Positions 9,088-15,876 of a stretch of DNA of 16,064 nt are shown piece by piece. Made by a program: the position numbers and the translations under genes. Numbering within the stretch: the first letter of the stretch is position 1; every line of letters begins with the position of its first letter. The stretch is from Candidatus Hadarchaeales archaeon (GTDB lineage: Archaea; Hadarchaeota; Hadarchaeia; Hadarchaeales; Hadarchaeaceae): contig JAWCKV010000022.1 in the NCBI GenBank assembly GCA_038851565.1, forward strand, positions 1-16,064, given 5' to 3'. The notes below the pieces were generated by a model. It worked only from the letters and a program-made list of their open reading frames with translations, made no database searches and was not told the origin of the DNA.

Positions 9088-9784
9088 CATAAAGTCCATC
9101 AAGGGGCTGATACGCGAGAGGATCTGGAGGGAGATGGAGTCGAGGGGAGTTGCCTCATTTCCATTTCCGATAAGAGGGAGGGTGCCGAACTTCTTGGGGA
9201 GCACGGAGGCGGCGCTGAGGATGAGGGATCTCGAGGAGTACCTTTCCGCGAAGACCATAATGGTGAACCCCGATTCGCCGCAGCTGCCCGTCCGCAGGAT
9301 GTGCCTGCGGGACGGAAAGAGGCTCCTGATGGCCACGCCTGCCCTGAGGAAGGGATTGGTCGTGATCGATCCCGGGAGGGCGGGAAATCCGGAGAAGGCG
9401 GCAACCATTGGCGGTGCCATTATATGGGGAAAACCAGCAGACCCGAGGGCCATCAGGGTCGACCTGATCGTGGAGGGCTCGGTCGCTGTTGACGTGCTGG
9501 GAGGAAGGGTCGGGAAGGGGGCTGGATGGGGAGACCTCGAATATGCTATACTCAGGGAATCGGGTGCGGCAGATGATGAAGTCAAGGTAGCCACGACGGT
9601 TCATGACATTCAGGTCGTAGAGGAGGCCATTCCAATGGAGCCGCACGACATGCCGGTGGACATCGTGCTCACGCCCACCAGAACCCTCATGACCAGCCGC
9701 GCGCATCCAAAGCCACGCGGGATCTCATGGGAAAAACTGGAAGGGGATAGGCTTGCCCTCGTCAGGCGAATACTTGGAACCTAG
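9074..9784 (+). CDS. 5-formyltetrahydrofolate cyclo-ligase family protein (MTHFSD-like archaeal subgroup)
   Basis: Motifs K..IRE.IW, GRVPNF.G, VNPDSPQ, TP.L, GSVAVD..G.RVGKG.GWGDLEYAIL, TTVHD.Q and HD.PVD...TP. Confidence 0.88.
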   Translation: MSPDDIKSIKGLIRERIWREMESRGVASFPFPIRGRVPNFLGSTEAALRMRDLEEYLSAKTIMVNPDSPQLPVRRMCLRDGKRLLMATPALRKGLVVIDPGRAGNPEKAATIGGAIIWGKPADPRAIRVDLIVEGSVAVDVLGGRVGKGAGWGDLEYAILRESGAADDEVKVATTVHDIQVVEEAIPMEPHDMPVDIVLTPTRTLMTSRAHPKPRGISWEKLEGDRLALVRRILGT

Positions 9785-10359
9785 GCATATGAGAGGGCAA
9801 ATGACGCAGCGACGCCGGCTGCTATAGATGCTCCCAGCGCGAGCAGCAGGTTGGGGAGGGGCCTCCTGTTTCCCCAGTCGCGCCACGGTCTTCCCCTGAG
9901 CCTGTACAGTGCCTTCATCGAGTTCTCTGCGCCGAGGTGCGCAGCCCAGAGTGACAGCGGAAGGTTGGCCACAAGGACCACCGTGATGAAGAAGAGCTGA
10001 CCAAGCTGCGCCGTGGAAAACTCAAGCTGACTGAAGCCGCTGAGGATCGCCGCTGCCCCCTGCAGGAGCAAATAATCGTTCATCCCCCTGCACAGGCTGA
10101 ACAGGGCAGAGGCCGCTCCAAAGAATAGATGTGAGAGGACGAATGCGGCAAGCACCGTGAGGAGAAAATATGGTATCGGCTGCCACCACGCAAGTGATTC
10201 CGGCCCGGGAACGCTCACCGCCCTCCCCATCTCCATCAGAACCGGCTCATAAATCCCTGCCCTTGCCAGCAGGAATCCCAGCGCCCAGCTCCCCGCTATG
10301 ACGAGCCAGAACAGAGGGGGCCAGCAATCGGCCCGCATCGCCACACCCTTGAGTATCAC
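9781..10359 (-). CDS. Hypothetical multi-pass membrane protein
   Basis: About five hydrophobic segments. It fills the gap between neighbours and has a GTGA overlap with the upstream gene. Confidence 0.7.
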   Translation of the reverse strand: MILKGVAMRADCWPPLFWLVIAGSWALGFLLARAGIYEPVLMEMGRAVSVPGPESLAWWQPIPYFLLTVLAAFVLSHLFFGAASALFSLCRGMNDYLLLQGAAAILSGFSQLEFSTAQLGQLFFITVVLVANLPLSLWAAHLGAENSMKALYRLRGRPWRDWGNRRPLPNLLLALGASIAAGVAASFALSYA

Positions 10360-10619
10360 TTGTAATTCTTCTCGTATTCCTTCCTTGCTGATGCTATTGC
10401 CCTCCGGAGGTAATTGTGCTCCACGTTTACTGCAGGTGCGGTCTGCTGCGTGGCCAGCTGTTTCACCGGCTGCCCGCTCATCTGCTGCAGACGCTCGAGC
10501 GCCGAAATCTTCCGCTCTATGTCGGAAAGCCTACGTATCACCTCGTTCAACCTCTGCTCTAGGGCTTCAAGTCTACTTTTCTCCTGAGTGCTCATCAACC
10601 TCTCACCTTTTCTCATCAC
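10356..10619 (-). CDS. Hypothetical small coiled-coil protein
   Basis: Heptad pattern RLEALEQRLNEVIRRLSDIERKISALERL. AT-rich promoter-like sequence upstream. Confidence 0.7.
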   Translation of the reverse strand: MMRKGERLMSTQEKSRLEALEQRLNEVIRRLSDIERKISALERLQQMSGQPVKQLATQQTAPAVNVEHNYLRRAIASARKEYEKNYK

Positions 10620-10686
10620 CGTTATTGTGTATTAAGTTTTTTTGAGGGGACAAAGCTATTTTTCACCGGAGAAGATAGCCTTTTGG

Positions 10687-10759
10687 GCCGCCGTAGCTCA
10701 GCCGGTAGAGCGATCGCCTCGTAAGCGATAGGTCGTGGGTTCAATCCCCACCGGCGGCT
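10687..10759 (+). tRNA. tRNA-Thr(CGT)
   Basis: Acceptor stem GCCGCCG/CGGCGGC, D arm GCTC/GAGC, anticodon arm ATCGC-CTCGTAA-GCGAT, T arm GTGGG-TTCAATC-CCCAC, discriminator T. No encoded CCA. Confidence 0.97.
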
Positions 10760-10788
10760 TCACAGCCTGTGCCTCATTCGGAAACCAA

Positions 10789-11385
10789 TCAATACGTCCA
10801 GACTGGAATCTCCTTCCATCTAGCTCCGTGTGCCTCCAAGGTCCTTGTAATCGCTGATGCCATCTCCCGTGGCACCATCAGCACAGCTTTCCCTATTTTT
10901 AAAACACCGGGACGCACAGCAACTCCATCGTACCTGTGAAGGTAGCGCTTCTTACCCCGCTGGGTTGTTGAGGTCCTGCCATACAGCGCGTGGTTTAACC
11001 TGTTTCTGGCATTCACGTCGAGCCCTTCTGTGTTGTAGGCGATTATCACCATCGGGTTAAGCCTCAGTTTGTGGACCTGCAACACCACTGGTTTGCCTGA
11101 AAGCATGAGCCCCTCCCCGCTCAGCGCCCCAGCCAGAGAAACATTTTTTTCAAGCTCCTTAGAGGTGACATGCACGATGTGGACGCGTGGGGGGGCAAGT
11201 TCTTCTACCTGCTTCATAGTTGCTTCATCTTTCCTTGAATAAATCACGGCAATGTCAATGTCGCTTTCTACCGTGGCCTCGCCCCGAGCAGCGCTGCCAA
11301 AGAGCGCTGCCGCCAAAACACAGGGAAGTTTGCCTACCCTTTCGCCGAATTCGAATAGCTCCCTCAGCCGAGCACCCGCATGCAC
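10789..11385 (-). CDS. Minimal nucleotidyltransferase (MNT) antitoxin with an extra C-terminal domain
   Basis: LFGSAARGEATVESDID is an exact GSX10DXD motif. The gene overlaps the 3' end of the upstream HEPN-like gene. Confidence 0.88.
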   Translation of the reverse strand: MHAGARLRELFEFGERVGKLPCVLAAALFGSAARGEATVESDIDIAVIYSRKDEATMKQVEELAPPRVHIVHVTSKELEKNVSLAGALSGEGLMLSGKPVVLQVHKLRLNPMVIIAYNTEGLDVNARNRLNHALYGRTSTTQRGKKRYLHRYDGVAVRPGVLKIGKAVLMVPREMASAITRTLEAHGARWKEIPVWTY

Positions 11386-11726
11386 GCCTCCCGCACCTCC
11401 CTGAGCATCTCCAATGCCCGCTTGGCTACTCCCCCATCGCTGCCCCTTCCGTAAACGTGCCTCGGCCTGAGCTGTTCCAGCGCATTAATGGCTTCAGCAA
11501 TCTTAAGCTCACCAACCCGGCGCCGCTCGATCTCGCCCGCCAGCCTGTTGTGCTTGATGTCCCTGTCAGCGGGAGTTATCCTGAGCTTGTGCAACGCGGC
11601 ATTCACGTAGTGAGCGGAGATCAGCACGCAGAGTTCGACAATGGCCTCGTAGTCGGCGCTTTGATCCAGCTTACTGAGAGTTCCCTCCATGGCCCGTAAT
11701 TTTTGTAAATGGTCCTCTATTTTCAT
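11364..11726 (-). CDS. HEPN-like toxin of a HEPN-MNT toxin-antitoxin pair
   Basis: 120-aa predicted helical protein with SAH..NA.L, KH and LEQLRPRHVYG, coupled to an MNT gene. Confidence 0.7.
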   Translation of the reverse strand: MKIEDHLQKLRAMEGTLSKLDQSADYEAIVELCVLISAHYVNAALHKLRITPADRDIKHNRLAGEIERRRVGELKIAEAINALEQLRPRHVYGRGSDGGVAKRALEMLREVREACMRVLG

Positions 11727-11763
11727 GTTTTCATATTAATATACTAAAAAGAGAGATTTAAAC

Positions 11764-11788
11764 GTTTTGTTATATAGATATACAAAAC
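11764..11788. promoter_or_regulatory. Palindromic operator candidate next to the TA promoter TATA box
   Basis: GTTTTGT-T-ATAT-AG-ATAT-ACAAAAC is an inverted repeat with one bulge. It abuts TTTAAA (about 11757-11762), some 31-36 nt upstream of the HEPN ATG. Confidence 0.45.
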
Positions 11789-11854
11789 AGGATTTCTGCT
11801 TACAGGGATACAAAAAGCTGCGAAAACAATTTTTACAAATTTTATGAATTTGCA

Positions 11855-11881
11855 TCGTGGGTTCAATCCCTACCGGCGGCT
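11855..11881 (+). repeat. Direct repeat of the tRNA-Thr 3' end (att-like site)
   Basis: TCGTGGGTTCAATCCCTACCGGCGGCT matches 10733-10759 (TCGTGGGTTCAATCCCCACCGGCGGCT) at 26/27 positions and is followed by CCA. Confidence 0.92.
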
Positions 11882-11980
11882 CCACGCGAAAATCGATGCG
11901 ATCCATGTAATGTCAACCAGTTTAAGACCATAGTAAGAATAGTTAGAAATAAATGACAAGCTAAGTATATCATCATATGG

Positions 11981-12964
11981 ATGTATCTAATCGTGGACGA
12001 TTGGAAAACATTCGTTGGTAAAAAAGAGAACCGTTTTGAGTTACTTCAAGGAGAAAAAAGGCAAGAATTTTGCTCGGACGATCTGAGCCAGATAATAATT
12101 GTGGCGGCATCTTCAATATCAATTGGAGCGATTCGCCTAGCATTAGAAAAAGGGATAGACATCGTTTTTATAAGTCGTTTTGGATATCCCGTTGGTCGCA
12201 TATACCCTTGCAAACTTGGCGGAACAACGCTGACTCGCAAAAAACAGCTCGAAGCTTACTTTTCTTGGAAGGGTTTAGAGCTGGCTAAAAAATTTGTTTA
12301 TGGCAAAATAAAGAATCAAGTCGCTGTTTTGAAAAATTTGCAAAAAACGAGAAGCAACGTTGATTTCACCAAATATATAGAAAAAATGGAGGAGAGAGAA
12401 CTCCAAATCGATATGATTGATGGGAGTTTAGACGAAGTCCGCGAAAAACTATTAGGTGTGGAAGGTAATGCAGCCAGCGAATACTTTCAAGCGCTTGCGG
12501 AGATATTGCCGTTTGAAAAACGAGATCGAACTAGCGCTGACCCATTTAACATAATGCTTAACTATGCATACGGAATCATTTATTCAGAAGTCGAAAGGGC
12601 ATGCGTTTTGGCAGGTCTCGACCCATATTTTGGGTATCTACATACAGACCGTTATGGTAAACCCTCCATGGTCTTGGATTTGATCGAAGAATTCCGTGCG
12701 CCCCTATCAGATAAACCCGTAATAACTCTTTTTGCTAGAAAACAAGTACGGGATAAGGACTTTGATAAAAGTGGCGAAAGTGTTCTGCTAAGTGAAACGG
12801 GACGAAGAAAAGTGATTGAGGCCGTGATTGAAAAGTTACACGATACAGCAAAAAACAGGGGTACTGAAAAAAGAATATGTAATATAATAGTTGAACAGGC
12901 ACGTGCGATAGCCCGATTTATTTTGAGTGAATCGGAGAAATATGAGCCTTGGAGTTATGTTTGA
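11981..12964 (+). CDS. cas1: CRISPR-associated integrase Cas1
   Basis: Motifs K..NQ, LLGVEGNAA..YF, D.FN.MLNYAYG, GLDPY.GYLH and S...DLIEEFR...D. The catalytic E/H/E residues are present. Confidence 0.97.
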   Translation: MYLIVDDWKTFVGKKENRFELLQGEKRQEFCSDDLSQIIIVAASSISIGAIRLALEKGIDIVFISRFGYPVGRIYPCKLGGTTLTRKKQLEAYFSWKGLELAKKFVYGKIKNQVAVLKNLQKTRSNVDFTKYIEKMEERELQIDMIDGSLDEVREKLLGVEGNAASEYFQALAEILPFEKRDRTSADPFNIMLNYAYGIIYSEVERACVLAGLDPYFGYLHTDRYGKPSMVLDLIEEFRAPLSDKPVITLFARKQVRDKDFDKSGESVLLSETGRRKVIEAVIEKLHDTAKNRGTEKRICNIIVEQARAIARFILSESEKYEPWSYV

Positions 12965-13264
12965 ATGATTTGGTGGGTTATCTACGATATCGCTGGCAAT
13001 AAAACAAGAAGCCGGGCGGCGTCCGCATGCATGAACTATGGGCTAAAAAGAGTCCAAAAAAGCGCATTTCTGGGTGAGCTTACAAAAAATCGTGCTGAAA
13101 TGCTGGCACTCGAAATTAAAGAAATCATATCTCCAAACGATTGCGTGTTTCTTATTCCATGCTGTTCCAACTGTTTTAAAGATAAGATCATTTATGGCGA
13201 GTTTGATGAAGAAGCTGTAAAGAAAAAGGATTGGTATATTGTAACTGGCGACAATGAAGGATGA
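12965..13264 (+). CDS. cas2: CRISPR-associated protein Cas2
   Basis: VIYDI....R......C..YGL.RVQKSAF.G and a CxxC motif near the C-terminus. Starts immediately after the cas1 stop. Confidence 0.96.
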   Translation: MIWWVIYDIAGNKTRSRAASACMNYGLKRVQKSAFLGELTKNRAEMLALEIKEIISPNDCVFLIPCCSNCFKDKIIYGEFDEEAVKKKDWYIVTGDNEG

Positions 13265-13835
13265 ACAAACCTTATCTGCAAAGGATATAATGAACTTCTG
13301 CTATTGCCCCAGAATTATTTATTATGAGCATGTCCTCAAGATCAGGCAAGCTACAACTAAAAAGGAGCTTATAGGTCGCGAAAAGTACGAAGAATTCAAA
13401 AAGAAATCGAGACGAGGCAAGATAATAAAAGAGTTTCCAAAACTAAAAAAACTTTATGATGTTTATTTATACTCAAATAAAATGAACATTGGGACTCGTG
13501 TTGATTGCGTTGCTATTAATGAGGTAAAAAAAGAAGCGTATCCAATCCAAATAAAGTATTCAAGCAGGCCATCAAAAATATACAAAACGCAAAAGTTACA
13601 ACTGCTTCTTGAAGCTAAACTCATAGAGGAGATAATGGGCTACAGCACGCCTCTAGGTTTTATTAAATTTCTAAAAACTGATGATTTAGTTCCCGTTAAT
13701 GTAAAAAACAGATCGGAACTTGATACAGCAATCTGCGATATAAAAAAGTTCATCCATACGGAAGTGTTTCCCGATCCCACCAGATATAAAAGAAGGTGTG
13801 TCGACTGTTGTTATAGAAAAAGGTGCTGGTTATGA
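13254..13835 (+). CDS. cas4: CRISPR-associated protein Cas4 with a variant nuclease motif
   Basis: Fe-S ligands YCPR..YY and C..C.Y...C, plus RecB-like RVD...PIQIK. Located between cas2 and the effector. Confidence 0.92.
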   Translation: MKDEQTLSAKDIMNFCYCPRIIYYEHVLKIRQATTKKELIGREKYEEFKKKSRRGKIIKEFPKLKKLYDVYLYSNKMNIGTRVDCVAINEVKKEAYPIQIKYSSRPSKIYKTQKLQLLLEAKLIEEIMGYSTPLGFIKFLKTDDLVPVNVKNRSELDTAICDIKKFIHTEVFPDPTRYKRRCVDCCYRKRCWL

Positions 13836-15469
13836 CAAATGAAGGAGTTATAACTAGTGTAAAGTTCAAATTGTATTTTGACAACGAAAACGATAGAAGA
13901 GAGATGGACGAGTTCTTTGATGAATATGCTAAAGCAGTTACCTTTGCAGCAAGGATTATTGACAAATTGCGCAAAAAGTTCAAGCCTTTGGGCAGGTATG
14001 TTGACAAAAGATGGGTCCCAGAGATAGGCGTTTGCAGTAAGTGCAATAAGAATGGTGAGCTTTATCGCGTTAACACTTACAATGGGGAAAAATTGTGTAA
14101 ATCTTGTTACAATCAAGACTTCAGTGACACCGCAATCCGCAAAAGAATCGTGCCTGTGGTTCGTGGCAAAAGGAAGGGTGAAAAAGTTGATGGTAGCCTT
14201 AATCTTCGTAATGTCACAACAAAAATTTCTCAGACACATATGCACTATGCCGTTAGGGACGCCCTTCAAATTCTTGACGCTTTAAAAAAGCAACGAAAAC
14301 AAAGATTAAAGAGGCATATACGTGACAAAAAAAGACTAAAAATGTTCGAAGAAATGCTTTCAGATCCTCTTAAAAGAGTTGAAGTTCCGCAAAGGAAAGG
14401 ACAAAGGGTGGTGAGGTATGTACACAAGTCTCAGGAAGATAGAGTTAACGAACTTCCAGGATACTCGCTGGCCAAAATAAAAAATAAAATTGTTATTCTG
14501 AAAAGAAATCTATATCGCGATAAAAAATCTCTGTTTAAAATGAACCCAATTTATTTCAAGGGAACGAGAGTTACTCTGACCCCGACAATTAAATTCGACG
14601 TTTCGAATAATCGAGTCCGTATTACCCTATTGCGTGCGAGATGGTACGGATTCAGCGGAAGTAACGTTGCAAGTGAGCGCGGCAGGAAATATTTTTCAGA
14701 AAAATTGCAAAAAATATTGGCTTTGAAGCCAAGATACGCTTATCTCATTAGAAAACAGATAGCAGAGGTCAATGGAATGCCAATTTATGAGTATTATCTG
14801 CAGTACGCTGTTGAGGAGTTCCCCAAGCCCATTTTGGAGTATACAGGAGTTTTAGGAATAGACTGGGGAATCAAAAAATTGGCCGCTCTAGTTTTTTTTG
14901 AGAAAAATGATCCAAATAAGCCAAAATTTGTGAAGTTTTTCAAGGCAGATGAGATAATAAAAACAAAGATATCTTGGAGAAAACAGCGATACGCTCTTAC
15001 AGGGTTGCATCACAGAATAGAAAAAATGAAGAGAATGCGTCCGATAAAACCCAAGATTGATTATATATTACATAACATTTCAAAAGAAATTGTTAATATG
15101 GCAAAACAAAAGAATGCTGCAATTGCAATTGAAAAACTTGAAAAAATAAAAAAAAGTAAACCTCGACAAAGATCGAGAGAAAAATACTTCTTATCACTTG
15201 GAGATTATGCAAAATTGGCGCAGTTTATTTCTTACAAGGCAAAAAAAGAGGGTATTGCTGTGATTGAAATTTCACCGGAGTACACAAGCCGGGTTTGTAG
15301 TCACTGTGGTTCGATTAATACTGAACGTCCTTACAAAAAACCGAATGCTTTAAGACCGTCTTGGTCTCTTTTTAAATGCAACGACTGTGGGGTAGAGCTA
15401 AATTCAGATTACAACGCCGCTTGTAATATAGCTAAAAAGGGTTTGGATGAGCTTACTCGTAGCCTTTAA
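13832..15469 (+). CDS. cas12f: Type V-F miniature effector Cas12f2 (Cas14b-like), 545 aa
   Basis: RuvC-I LGIDWG, RuvC-II IAIEKL, YTS..CSHCG...FKCNDCG Zn finger and RuvC-III NSDYNAA.NIA. The N-terminal SVK.K...F.EYAKA.TF, the CSKC/CKSC Zn finger and Y.YLIRK...YEYYLQY match my recollection of Micrarchaeal Cas12f2. ATGA overlap with the cas4 stop; adjacent to cas1/2/4 and the array. Confidence 0.9.
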   Translation: MTNEGVITSVKFKLYFDNENDRREMDEFFDEYAKAVTFAARIIDKLRKKFKPLGRYVDKRWVPEIGVCSKCNKNGELYRVNTYNGEKLCKSCYNQDFSDTAIRKRIVPVVRGKRKGEKVDGSLNLRNVTTKISQTHMHYAVRDALQILDALKKQRKQRLKRHIRDKKRLKMFEEMLSDPLKRVEVPQRKGQRVVRYVHKSQEDRVNELPGYSLAKIKNKIVILKRNLYRDKKSLFKMNPIYFKGTRVTLTPTIKFDVSNNRVRITLLRARWYGFSGSNVASERGRKYFSEKLQKILALKPRYAYLIRKQIAEVNGMPIYEYYLQYAVEEFPKPILEYTGVLGIDWGIKKLAALVFFEKNDPNKPKFVKFFKADEIIKTKISWRKQRYALTGLHHRIEKMKRMRPIKPKIDYILHNISKEIVNMAKQKNAAIAIEKLEKIKKSKPRQRSREKYFLSLGDYAKLAQFISYKAKKEGIAVIEISPEYTSRVCSHCGSINTERPYKKPNALRPSWSLFKCNDCGVELNSDYNAACNIAKKGLDELTRSL

Positions 15470-15472
15470 ATA
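15465..15472 (+). promoter_or_regulatory. TATA box candidate for the tracrRNA
   Basis: TTTAAATA fits the archaeal TATA consensus. It overlaps the cas12f stop and lies about 25 nt before the first stem at 15495. Confidence 0.5.
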
Positions 15473-15494
15473 TAATCAGCAGCATAGAATTAAC

Positions 15495-15793
15495 TGTCAT
15501 GTCTCGTGGGATCCCATTCGCTAAATGAATGGGATTGACGTGGCAACATGTCGCGAGCTACAGTGGTAATGTTCCACACTCGCATGCTACAATAACATGC
15601 GAGGGCGAGCGAAGGATTAAAAGGGCGGCGTTGCACCGCAAAAGGGTTGTAAAACCCTCGATGGCCCGAAAACCACGGTAAGGTATGTCACCAATAGCGG
15701 ATAAATCCGCCCAAGGTGATTTAGCGTGGTGCGAGCCACGCATACCGACGGGCCAATCCGAAGTTCGGTTCATATGGTTCTGCATATGTTTTT
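15495..15793 (+). ncRNA. tracrRNA candidate of the type V-F system
   Basis: Anti-repeat GTTCG-GTTCA-tatg-GTTCTGCA (15763-15784) is complementary to the repeat 5' part. Loop GTTGCA (15630-15635) in a GCGG/CCGC hairpin is complementary to the repeat 3' end TGCAAC. Many stems are present and it ends in a T5 run. Boundaries are inferred. Confidence 0.8.
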
Positions 15794-15876
15794 AAACTCA
15801 TATACGAAAAAATGACAGTCCAAAACTTGATGTAATAAATGATCCCCTTTGGAGATTTGGTTCACTTTACGGCGGT
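15794..15876 (+). promoter_or_regulatory. CRISPR leader candidate
   Basis: AT-rich non-coding stretch between the tracrRNA T-run and the first repeat. Confidence 0.5.

Larger units (their letters stand above)
10760..11881. mobile_element. tRNA-integrated islet or remnant carrying the HEPN-MNT module
   Basis: About 1.1 kb flanked by the intact tRNA and a copy of its 3' end. No integrase gene inside. Confidence 0.6.

Noticed and set aside
374..9706. Numerous alternative-frame and antisense ORFs (e.g. 374-859, 2423-2944, 6478-7017, 8962-9594)
   Set aside because: They overlap well-supported genes and are expected in GC-rich coding DNA. None shows recognisable motifs.
11733..11742. Perfect palindrome ATATTAATAT before the HEPN start
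   Set aside because: It is AT-only within an AT-rich spacer and readily arises by chance.
11855..11884. A second functional tRNA gene
   Set aside because: Only the T arm and 3' acceptor strand are present; the upstream sequence is AT-rich and cannot form the D or anticodon arms.
11981..12964. Casposon (Cas1-solo) element at the tRNA
   Set aside because: cas1 is in an operon with cas2 and cas4, and no PolB gene or terminal inverted repeats were seen.
13750..14285. Short ORFs overlapping cas4/cas12f (13750-14046, 13811-14269, 14052-14285)
   Set aside because: They are shadows of the effector gene with no independent support.
13832..15469. IS200/IS605 TnpB transposon interpretation of the RuvC protein
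   Set aside because: There is no tnpA or recognisable IS end. The gene is coupled to cas4 and followed by an anti-repeat RNA and an array, and its N-terminus resembles Cas12f2.
15558..15785. 75-aa minus-strand ORF
   Set aside because: It lies antisense to the structured tracrRNA candidate and has no protein-like features.
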